Source: Gekko japonicus
Lineage: Eukaryota
Length of the DNA: 64,000 bases
NCBI RefSeq assembly: GCF_001447785.1
Contig: NW_015169194.1
Span: forward strand, 488,459-552,458
Reading direction: 5' to 3'
In this document: one piece after another, positions 13,561 to 25,130 of the stretch
Layout of the letters: the number at the start of each line of letters is the position of its first letter
Position numbering within the stretch: the first letter of the stretch is position 1
Program-made: the position numbers and the translations under genes
Notes under the pieces: generated by a model
What the model was told of the DNA's origin: nothing
Database searches by the model: none
Seen by the model: only the letters and a program-made list of their open reading frames with translations

Positions 13561-16500
13561 TTAAAAAGAAATTGAATTGGGCCTGGAAACCTATCAGTAG
13601 CCAGTGTAATTGCTGTAATATCAGGGTCACATGCTCCTGGTAGCTGGCCCCAACCATCAGTCTAGCTGTAGCGTTCTGTACTACCGGTAGCTGCAGCTTC
13701 CAAATATTCTTCAAGGGCAGCCCTAAGTACAGTGCATTGCAACAGTCCAGTCTCGATATAACTAAGGCATGGATCACTGTGGCTAGATCTGACTGAACCA
13801 GGAATGGGCGCAGCTGACACACCAGCCAAAGCTGAGCAAAAGCACTCCAAACGACTGCAGCCACCTACTTTTCTAAGGTGACTGCTGTGTCAAACAGCAC
13901 TCCCAAGCTGCAAACCTGGCTTTTCAAGGCAAGTATAATCCCATCTCAGACAAGAGAAATCTCAAGTCCCCAGTCTGCCTTTCTACTACCCCAGAGAGCC
14001 TCTGTCTTGTCAAAATTTAGTGGTATCTGTCCCATTTACACTGACTTCACATACATGTGACTCATTATCATAACTTTAAACTCAAGTTTAAGAACATAAA
14101 GATCTGCTGTTTCAAACTGATGATGTATTTAGTCCAGCATCATATTTCCTGCAATGGCCAATCAGAGACCTCAGAAGGACCACAAGCAGGACTACAATAG
14201 CCAAAGTCTCATCCAGCTGCTGTTCCAGGAACTGGTATTCAGAAGCCCATTATCTCTGAACACAGAGGTTCTATTAAGCCATCACAGTGAATATTCATTA
14301 ACAGGCCTTTCATCCTTGAATACGTCTTAATCCCTTTTTAAAACCACCTACGCTAGTCAGTTTCATTACATCTTGATTATAAATTGCATAAAGAAGTACT
14401 TTTTCTATTTATTTGTAGTCCACCTTTCTCATATAAAACTCAAGACAGATTACAAAAACTAAAAGCCATAATTAAATACAGTAAAAGCAAAGTTGTCCTC
14501 ATGAAAGCACCTTGTAGTGAATCAGACCTTTGGTCCATCAAAGTTAGTAGTGTTCTGCACAGTCTCAGGCAGAGGTCTTTCCCATCACCTACTACCTGCT
14601 CCTTTTAACTGGAGATTGTCATGATTGGTATGCCACGGCCCCCTCTATCTACAGTCTACAGATCCTGTCAACAGATTCTGTCTACTGAATCTACTGTCCA
14701 TCAATTTCTCTGCATATCCTTAAGATCTAGTATGTGGGGAGAGAGCGTAAAGTTCTTTCTTCACATCATGCATAATTTTATAAACACTAAACCTTTAATC
14801 AACATAGTTACAGAATTATGCAGCAAGTAACAGGCATACGTTGGGATAATGTCCTATTCCCAAAGCAGGATAAGTATTTTAACATTAGTACAATATGCTA
14901 ACATTTTTGCTTCATAACTAAAGCCTGAAATTCTCTCCAATAGCTCATCATATGACTGGCCTTATCCATGTACTGGCCTGTAGTAAAGATTCAGTCTAAG
15001 ATATTTGGCCAGCTTCCCAGAACATCCTGTCTCTGTAACAGGTAGCAGGATTCACACGGCATTCATACAATTGAAAATCTAGTGACTGCTGCTATTTATA
15101 ATTGTTCACAAAGGAGGATTAAAAAAAAAAGATATTGTGCAACATTTTTCCTAGTAATAAGAAGTTAGTCAATGCCATTTAAAATTAATCATTGTCTTTA
15201 TTTGTCTGCATGGTAAAGCTGCCTGGAAATTATCTATTAATGCCAGATTTTGATTTTAAAAATTATTAATCAAATTTTATGTTGTGCTTTACAGATAAGA
15301 GATCACATCATCATACATGTAAAAATGTGATTTTTAAAACTATTCTGGCAATCTGACAGTAATATTTCCATGTGATTCTAGACCTTATTTTAACTTCTTC
15401 TGCAACAACCTTTTTTCTGATAATTAAACTATGTAATTCTTGATGATGCTTACTAAATAGAAGTCAATTAAAGAGAATGTTATTCTGAACTATGGAACGT
15501 CCAAAGAATTTCACCGTCAAGATTAGAGGCACCTTCCAACAGAATATTACTAATGACTCACAACTTGTGGATCCTTGAGTCATAGACATTACAATTATTT
15601 TGGTACACAAAATCCATAATTCATGGGTTGATCATGTCCTGTCTGACCATATTTCCTTGTTTTGTTATTCAAAGATTCAATTCAGGACTAACACTGAAGC
15701 AGAGAGGCAGTGTAATATAACATTAGAGTTGATACCCAAGGTTAAACTCTTATGTATATATCTGGTAATAAGTCTCAATAAACAATGGGATGTAGGACAA
15801 AACTGTATATTTTTAATTACCTCTCAGCTTCATCACCGATACACTGAAAAAATATACAGAATTCCATTATTTTCACATAGAAAGTTTCACACAGAACATC
15901 ACAGAGTTACCCTTTTTTCATTATAATGCTCCACTGGGGAAACAGTACAACATTTTCCTAGTCCTAATACAGAATCTCTCCAAAGTCAAATAACTTGATT
16001 GTTCCTCATGCTGTCATGAGGAAAGTCTGGAAACTCAGTAGTTCAGAACAATAAATCATGATTGTGCCATGTTTATATTTACAGTGAGATTAATGCAGAA
16101 TGCTCATAGTTCTTTTGGCATATCCTGAGCATGCTCTCACACATATCTTCCAGAAGGCAATCTAACAAAACTAGGAGACTGAGCAATTTATACTTAAATA
16201 TAAGTAGCAGTGCACAGCAGAAGAGCTTGAACTGCAAGATTTTAAAAGGCAGGATCAAGCCCAATGCCAGCAACAATATACCAAGCAAGCTTGGTCCCTC
16301 ATATACTTTCAAGCACAAACTAAGTATTTTCAAAGAAGAGGCAGAAACAGAATTCTCTGACAGAAAGCACTGCTGCTCATAATATTGCCATAGCATGGAG
16401 GACTTAAACAGGAAGGAAATGATTCTGTACAAGTTTGTGCATAAAGGGCTTTCCAAAAGTGAATGGTGAATTTTGCTGTAAATTACTGCTTTGATAAAGA

Positions 16501-17094
16501 AACAGATTTAAATGAAGAAAGGCACACACTTCCTTGTAACCTCAAGCTGCTTTAGCATGAGTTCAGAAATTGGAGTGCTTCCTCTCCCCTTTCAAATGTT
16601 ACCAGCAAAATATAAGCTTTACAGCAAAATGTGCACACAGATGTCTCCTATTTCATATATAAACAGAAGGAAAGGAACTTGAAGTAAGGCACCCATGACG
16701 ACTTCACAGCAACAGAAGGAGGCTTTTAAAATGAAACTGGCATTTGTGAGATTCCTACCTCCCCCAGTCTGCACAAACACAGTATTAAAGCATTTACCAA
16801 GCTCTGACACATTTACTTTCAGTGTGGTTTTCTAAAGTTCAAGGCCAAATAATTACTCAAAGACCAAAACTGACACTGATATTCAAAAAACATTACCAGT
16901 TTAGCCACCAGAATATATGGGGGAGGAACTGAATTGCTCCTATTAATAATTCAGAAAAATGAATATTATCAGGGAAGAAATTAATCAGATTTTTATTAAA
17001 AGCTGACAACAAAAAGGAGACATGTTATCAGATAACTGCTGATAAAGTTACTTTTTTTGTTACTTTTGACTGTAACAAATAAGCCATGACTACT

Positions 17095-17292
17095 TAGATA
17101 GCCCAGGCTGGCTTGATCTCATCAGACCTCAGAAGCTAAACAGGGTCAGCCCAAGATAGTACTTGGATGGGAGACCACCAAGCAAGTCTAGAGCTGTTAT
17201 GCCAAGACAGGCAATGGCAAACCACCTCTGAATGTCTCTTGCCTCGAAAACCCTACAGGTTTGCTTTAAGTCAGCTTCGACTTGATGGCAAA
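17095..17292 (+). mobile_element. 5S rRNA-derived SINE
   Basis: gatctcatcagacctcagaagctaaacagggtcag...agtacttggatgggagacc resembles the 5S internal promoter and is followed by a non-5S body. Confidence 0.7.
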
Positions 17293-19137
17293 TAGAAAAA
17301 GAATTCCAGCCCCTCCCCCCCGGGGGGGGGGGGAGCCATGCCTAAGATGAACTACTTTGAACTCCTCCCCAAATCCACCAATACCATGGTTTATAACTGC
17401 AAAAAGATACATGACAATTTCCATGGGTACCTACTTGTAGATCTTCAACTATAAACACTTGGCTACTGAAAAGAAACCCTGACCTTGACGCAGCTCTTTT
17501 TAATGACTGTATCAAAACAATGCAGAGACTCTAACACAGTATAATAGGAGGAGGTTAGGCTCTGCTGCCAAACATCAGTGACAGCGGTAGACTTTTTCTC
17601 ATTTTAAAAATAGCATTCCTTTTGCATTGCTGTAAGGGTAGAACTGTGTTTAAGTTATGAGTCATCCAGAAACAGAGTGAAGACACAAAAGGGCTGGATC
17701 CAAAGAACTGTGAGCAAAGTGAAGCTCATGGAACAGGACTTCCCTGCCTCCCTTGTCCTGATGCATGACAGCTGAGAATCCTGAAGTTCTAGGGGGTTAG
17801 GGGACCAATACAAACTGTGATATGAAGGTCTGCGATGGGGAAACTGGCAAAAATCAACTATCCCTCTGCCAATGGAGATGCTGTTCTGATAATGGAAATG
17901 CCATTAAGTCAGTGGAAAGCACCTCCAGATTCAACCCATTCAAAAACCAAGAACCACAACATTACCACCATTTACATTATCTCAATGCACACAGTCTTTA
18001 CAAAAACCCTAAGGTTGGTCACTATTACCCTTCCCATATTGCATATGGGGAACTGAGAGTCCACCATGGAGGTAAACTGCAGACTTCCTGATTCATAGCT
18101 CAGCATGTACTCTCTTAGACAGGGAGTCATCTGACATACGAACAATATATAGTATTTCATAATGGACATGATCTGGCCAGAACTAGAAATCTTAAATCCT
18201 ACTGATTTAAGTAAGAGAATTAAGGACTTAAATCTCTCTTAGTTGTTATGCCCAATCTTTTACTTATGGTTTCAACTGCATACAGATAAGAGACAGGCTC
18301 TAGGGAGGAATATCAAGGTAGCTGTTTGAAGCAACTCACATTCTTACCAAAAAGTAACAATGTGAAAGAAGCATTAAAAAGCCATGACATGCCCTCAACT
18401 AAAACAAAAGGACAAGGTAATTACAATCATGATCCAAAAACAAAAGCAATGTAATAGCTTCTGTATGTAATAGCTTCTGTTGGGAGCAACCAAAACAACA
18501 CAAAATAATGTGAAAGCTTTTGAGTTCTCCAGGACTATTCATTAGGCTGGATCTTAAGGGGTGAGGAGATAATTCATGCCCTGATTTTAGGCATTCTTAC
18601 AGAATGTAGATTTTAATAGATAAAGTGTTGTGGTGTGGAGCTAGCACCAGATTTGCACCTTTGGCCTTCTGGGAAGAAGGTGAGATAATGGCAGCCTCTA
18701 ACTGAAAAAATGAAACTTACTAGTTGATTGAATGTCTCACTAACACCAAACAGAACACACAGGTCTGTTAAAAGGATGAAAGCAGAGAAAAACACAGTAT
18801 TAATTTTAGATGATACCCTAGGTAAAGATTCAATGTAAGCCAAATTGGGTAATACTGCCTACCAGTGGGGATAAGCTGCCCTGAGCCTGCTTTGGCAGGG
18901 AGGGTGGGGTATAAATCAAATGAATAAATAAATAATCCATAAATACAGACTCATTCTGGATTACCATTGTATAGCCACAGAAACACTTTCCTGAACAACC
19001 GTGGTAGTCATACAGCATACACAACAGCAAAAAGAACAAAGAAGAATCTTTTGTGATCACATTGTCATTATGTCTTGCTTGCATGACTGTTTAATAATAC
19101 ATATATATTAGATAAAATTAGTGAACATCCTTGTGAC

Positions 19138-19344
19138 CAGTGTTCCCTCTAAGCTGAATTAGTGTGAGCTAGCTTGCAGTGTTTTAGCCTCCAACTCACA
19201 CATTTTTGTCTTAGCTCAGGAAGGATGGCTCCAGAGCAAACTAATGTATGCAGTAGTCAAAGCGCTGGCTCACAGCTTTAATGCCAGTAGCTCAACAAAG
19301 TAGAATTTTTGCTCACAAGACTCCACAGCTTAGAGGGAGCATTG
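19138..19344. mobile_element. hAT MITE (Tip100-like TIR)
   Basis: TIRs cagtgttccctctaag / cttagagggagcattg. 8-bp TSD cttgtgac/cttgtggc. Confidence 0.85.
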
Positions 19345-19812
19345 CTTGTGGCCTGATTAAAAACAAGCCTAAGTACATAAAAATGCAAAGGTAATTTAAT
19401 GATTTGTAGGATATTCTATTTTAATATTGCCAACAAGATATTGCCATTCAGTGGTCAAAGTCTTTCTAGTTTCCAACTGATCCCACCTTTACAAAATGTG
19501 AAGAGATCCATCATATAACTCCCAAAAATATTCACAACTGTTATCCATAATTTGTACTCCACACACAAATCTCTGCATCTATATTGCAACCACTTTTTAA
19601 AAATCACTTTTATAAGTTATGGCCTGTTGATTTGGAGTACAAGTAATTTGTTTTTAAGTAGTAAAGAAATGTTGGGAAAACACACTGTTAAACTTAGTCT
19701 TCTTGGACTTTGAACCTTTGAGCTGTCAGACCAGATGAACGTTCTGAATAGAGCTCTTAAGTAGTCACCAAACCTATTTCAACTCTGTTGCAAACAGGTA
19801 TTGAAAACTCAC

Positions 19813-20356
19813 CTTTGACACTTTTTCTATTTACATCAGCCCCTTTTTCAAGCAAATACTGAGCAATTTCTTTGTGGCCTTTGTAACAAGATATCATAAG
19901 GCATGTATGCCCGTGACGATTTGATACTTCCAAGTCAGCTTTGTGCTCCACAAGGTACTTCACAATTTCCAGGTGGCCATCAAAGCAGGCAGCTCTAAGC
20001 GGTGTTGAGTTTGTCAGAGTGGTATTGTTGACAGATGCACCGTGATTTAACAAAGACTGGACCACCTTCAAATGACCGGCAGCCGATGCGGCCCATAATG
20101 GTGGTGCACCCTCAATAGTCTCACCATCGAAATTCACTGAGCCACCAATTTCTATAGAAGCACTACAATGTTCCAACAGATATTCCACCATGTCAAGATG
20201 TCCATAGCGGGCTGCCATTAGAAGGGGTGTGGCACCATTTGTTTTTTCTGACATCAGCAAGGCTACCTCTTCTTTTGCTTTATTTGCCAGCAACTTGGTG
20301 AGGAGCCGCAGCTTGCCATCACGAGCTGCATTGAATACTGCTGTCTTAAGATCCAT
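19813..20356 (-). CDS. FEM1C: Protein fem-1 homolog C, first coding exon
   Basis: MDLKTAVFNAARDGKLRLL... ankyrin repeats. Donor AAAG|GTGAGT at 19812 is phase 1 and matches the acceptor at 9078. The exon starts at 20524 (ttttcccctctag). Confidence 0.98.
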
Positions 20357-21149
20357 TTAGTCTCTGCCTCTCTTAATCTTTCTCTTCGGAATCACAAACG
20401 ATGGACTCAATGGAATCACAGAGCTGGAAACAGTCTCTGCACACACTTGATAGATCCGTGTTACCTCTGTGTACAGCATGAAGATTCAGCATTGACCTCT
20501 CAAAGAAGGTGCTATGTCGGCAATCTAGAGGGGAAAAGTTAAGAATTCTCTATTTTTGTTTTAGAACTGAAGACACACAAAACATCTATGCTTTTAGTTA
20601 TACTGTTTGCACCTTGCATTACATCAACTCTACGAAAAGGAACATAAATAATTAGATGCAAACATTTCCCCCCACGAAATGTTGGCTTTTAGGACCACAG
20701 AGTGAATTCAAGTTGCCTGCCAAGATCCAAGTGACTCCACAGTCACCCTTTGGACAAGCTCAAATTTCAGAGCTTACTTATCCAATAGTGTCAGATGGAG
20801 TCCATCCAAGATTCAGCTGTCTTAGACAACCTCGGTAGATAGTGAGTTGCCACCACCCGATAGCTATGAAAGTAATGAAATTTAATACAAAGACGGGTCT
20901 ATCTAAACCCGAAAACAAAAAAAGGAGCATGAAGCTTGCTGCCAGCAGACAAGGTGGCTGGAGGGCTCCCCTTCCCCCCCCCCTTCTCTGTGTATAAAGG
21001 GTTTTCGGCATGAATATTCTCCTCCTCTCTCCACCCACCCCCCCAAGTAGTTTAAGCAGGCTCACGATTTCCCCCACGTCTGCAAGACTATTACGGGCAC
21101 AGAGCCACTGAGAACGCCCTTTGCTTCTCCCCTGGGAAGGCTTCAATGA

Positions 21150-22100
21150 CCCAACCTCACAGGCAGGACAGACAGGCAGACGCGAAGGAAGTCTCGGTTC
21201 GGACGCTACCGCCACCCCTCATCCGCGAAGCCTCCCCCTCGCCTACTAGCCCTGCTGTCCTAATCCGTCCTTGCCCCGCATTCCCCCATCCCTTTCACTC
21301 CGAAGGCTCCTCATACAGCATTTCCTCGCCGCTGCCACCGCCGAAGCTCCGATTGCTTCACTTCCTTCATAACACCCGGCAAGGCAGAAAGACTCGGCGA
21401 CGCCGGAGCTGTGAGGCAGTGGCCGGAGATGTCTCTGCAACCCCGGGTGGAGACACACACCAACTACCTTCCCCTACCGGTTCCCTCTTCTGAGAGCTAC
21501 CAGTGCACCAGTCTCGCGACTATGCCGTCGCCGCCGTCGCCGCCGCGCCCCGTTCCTCCCTCAGTTCCTCCATGACAGGCGTTCCAAACAACGAAAAGAG
21601 AGAGGCTCTATAGCGTCCACCTTCTCCACCCGCTTAAACGGACGAACACAGAATCCAGCACAACCTAACCCGCTACCTCGCCTCCTTCCCAACTCTCCCC
21701 CCCCCCTCACGTCGGTCCTAAAGTGGGGGGGACACGCTGTCTGTCAGCCCGCCTTGATCGCTTCGTAAGGCGCAGTACGATGAAGGAGGCGGGACTCAGT
21801 TGGGAACAAGTTAGACTGAGAGAGCAAGCGCTAAGGAGACTGATGAGGAAAGAGGAGAGCGACGAGGGCCGAGATGGTGCGGGGGCGGTGCCATTGCGGC
21901 GGCGCTATTCCGGGCGGAGGAAAGTCGGGGAAGCCGAGTAGCGCAACGCGGGATAAATTAGCACATAATGGAGGCGGGTAGGTGCCAGGGGAGCGTGGCC
22001 TAGGACGGAGGAGGAGGAGGAGGAGTTCGACTCCGGCTGCGTGAACCTTTACTTCATGTTCCGTCTGTTTCTCTGCGTGAGGCTTGCTGAGGAAGACATG
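21150..22100 (-). promoter_or_regulatory. FEM1C: FEM1C CpG-island promoter and probable non-coding exon 1
   Basis: CpG-dense, with GGGCGG boxes and TCTCGCGA at about 21512. Candidate donors at about 21467, 21477 and 21500; the true one cannot be resolved. Confidence 0.75.
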
Positions 22101-25100
22101 GGGGGGTCCCTGATTTGAGTGCAGTGTCTGAAGAGGGCCAGGGAAGGGAACGCGTCTGGGAACACGACAGAAAATGGTTCGTCCTCTAGTGAGCGGACAA
22201 GAAGCACCCCGTCCACAAAGAGTATTTCCCCCCCATTATAATTGCCATATTTTCTAGAAAGTGCATTTAAGAGAGAGAAAGTGCCCTGCCGAGGAAACAT
22301 TCTCCACCTATTCAGAGCATATTAAAAAAGGGATAGAAGACGTGTTCTATCAAAAAGAAAAAGACAGTCTGAACATATTGCATCTGAGTCAGGTCCATAG
22401 AGCCAGTTTATTAAAATAGTGAAAGAAAGTAATTTTACCCGTGGATTGATTTTGCCTTTCAGACAACAAAAGTTGTCACCCCGAAAAAAGGCAGGTTTAT
22501 TACCACAGTTCCATAGAAATCTCCAAAAAGACAGGTCAGGTGTTATTGTGGTGCTGGGGAAGGTGGCAGGATGCAAGAGTTGTGCCCAGCTGGCTCAAGA
22601 TGAAAGATTAAGCCTCATGGTGTAAGATCAATAGGTGGGCATAGTAGCTTAGAGAGATTCTAAAGATCACCAAGTCTGATCCTCAGTGCTAGTGCTAATA
22701 AGATGAGTTTTAACTGGACACATCAGCTAAATATAGAGCTGAGACACAGAAATTCACTGCATCCCAATCATCTGAGGCATTAGACATGCCTAAACTCATT
22801 GAAATCACCGAACTGCATAAATCGAGTTATCAATACTCTTACAGAATTTGCCATGGCTTCAGACTGACCAAAAGCTGTCATTCTGAGGACAGCTTGAGAA
22901 TTATACAACATAACTAACTTTTCTAGACTAACAAGTATTATGACCATTGTAAAATTAACATGTACAAGTTTTTAAATTGTAGTATGTCAAGAAGAATGTA
23001 AAAGTCAACCACAGAGCACTATGCTAGAAGAGCAGGAAAAAATAATTTTAGTAAGTCCAGAGGTTCAAGCTGTGCTACACATTACAGGACAAGAAAGACT
23101 AAAAAACAGAATCATTAACCAAGGTGACCAGATCATTTCCAGACTCCCTTTCCAACCATCAGGTCCTCAAGAAGGCCAACAGATTAAAATAAACAGTTAA
23201 AATAAAAACCTCTTAAATAATTAAGAAGGTAAACAGGCTCAGAATATAAACAGTAAGCACTGCTTCCTAATTCAGTCTAGTTTGAAGGCCTTTTGGAAGA
23301 AAAAAAGCCTTGAGTTTGGTCTGGAAGATAAGTGAGAATGGTGAGAATAAGTGAGATAAGTGAGAATTCCTGGAGAGGGAATTCCACAGTTTGGGAACAG
23401 TGGCCAAAAAGGCCCTGCCACTTGCCCCAGCCAACCTGATCTTCACCTTAGGGTGATTCCTGCAGTAAGGCAATATTGTATGGATCTCAAAGCCTGTCTC
23501 CAAACAGGAGTATCCTCAGTATGAAATAAAACTTCCTTACACCTGATCCCATCTCATATTGGAGAGTGGGACATCAAAAATTCAAAGTCGAAGAAAAAAA
23601 TCCAGTCGTGCTTGAACCATTTACAGTATTAAGCATGGTGTTTATACCAACATTTTTGATATGTTTACCTCTTTGCTAGGATAATATATTCATCCAGACT
23701 CCACCATCTTTCTAGAACATTAAACCTTTCTGGAACTTTTCGAGCTATCCTTGTTGCTTTTCCACATTCTAAAAAGTAGTTGGTTAAAGCCAATTATCCA
23801 AGCTAGCCAACGGTTTCTGTGCCCTTCATACATATTTGTTTGTATAGAAGCTGGCTTGAAAGCATGGATGAGAAGCATTCTGAATTCACCTAGTTGGCAT
23901 TTTCAAAAAGCTGTTCCTTATTAAATCGTGCAGATAAGCAGCACCTAGTGGTACGACTATACTGTTTCATCATGTTAGAAATACAGAGTTCTCTATGATT
24001 CAGAACACTTCTAAAGGGTACCTTATGAGAATAAAAAAACAGCAAAGAAGTCTGCAGACATGGGAAGAGAACCATTCATGCACAGCCCCAGTAGCCTTTC
24101 TAGCATAGGGCTGGGCAAGTACAAAACCTGGATCTTTTAAAAAGACAGTACATAGGTGATAGAATCCTTAAAACTCCATCTTTCATTTGGTGGTGGTGGG
24201 GAGTTTCTAGTCTTTATACTGCAATAAAAACAATATATGACTGCTAAAATGGCAGTATGGTCTTTATTGAAGGAACCTACTTCTCTGCAGAAATATAGAG
24301 TTGGATCCTGACAATGATATCTGCTAATGGAAGCCACTTCCAGTTGTGGAATATAACTTACCTGTCCCCACCCCCGTCCCTGCCAAAGTCTGCTGTTCTC
24401 CCCAAATTGCTGCCCCTGGGAGACAGAATTAGGGGATGAATCCGAAGTCTGCATTGGGAGATCCCTTTTCTGTTGGTGGATATTATCAGAATCCAAGCCA
24501 TAGGATTTAACTGTGATCGGGTAGCAGTTAAAGGAGTAAAGAAGCTTGTCTAGTAGATCCCCAAGACTCAGCCCTTTTCAGTGGTAGCCCCATGATTATG
24601 GAACAACCTCCTTAGAGAGGTGCATCTGGTTCCTTCCCTCTTGATCTTTAGGAAGAAACTGAGGACAGTTTTATTCGTGATGGCTATTCAATTAGTTGAT
24701 TCTGCCTATTGGCCATTTTAAATGATTGATTTTAATCTAGTGATTTTTATGTATTGTATTATATTTTGTTATTGTTCATGTTGTAAGCCTTACATTGAAT
24801 TCTGTAAGATACACAGGCAGCTAATAAATGTTAATAATAAGTGGACAGCCATACTTTTTTTGTTTATTGAACTTTTATCCTGCTTTTCAGCTAGTGACCA
24901 TCATGACAGAATCTGTGGAAACCATGCACAAATAAACTACAGGAAGTACCTTAACTTACTAGCAATACTAGAACCTCTGTGGTACAAGGGTGGGACCTGG
25001 GATACCTGGGTTCAGATTCACTCTCTTTTAGCCAAACTGAGTGATTTTCATCCAGTCACTCTCTGTTAGCCTCATGGGGTTAGGAGAATGAAATGGAGGA

Positions 25101-25130
25101 GGAGAAAGCTATATATGCCGCAGTGTGCTG

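Larger units (their letters stand above)
11660..14020 (-). mobile_element. Older L2 LINE split into two parts (11660-12060 and 13570-14020)
   Basis: ORF 13490-13864 contains VIHALVISRLDCCNALYLGLPL..LQ..VQNATARL. The 3' part reads FRRQLNTFLFRTAF. Confidence 0.8.

Noticed and set aside
17095-17180. 5S rRNA gene (also about 57890)
   Set aside because: Diverged, lacks 5S termini and continues into a SINE body.
17310-17335. C-run followed by G-run hairpin
   Set aside because: Low complexity and prone to sequencing or assembly error.
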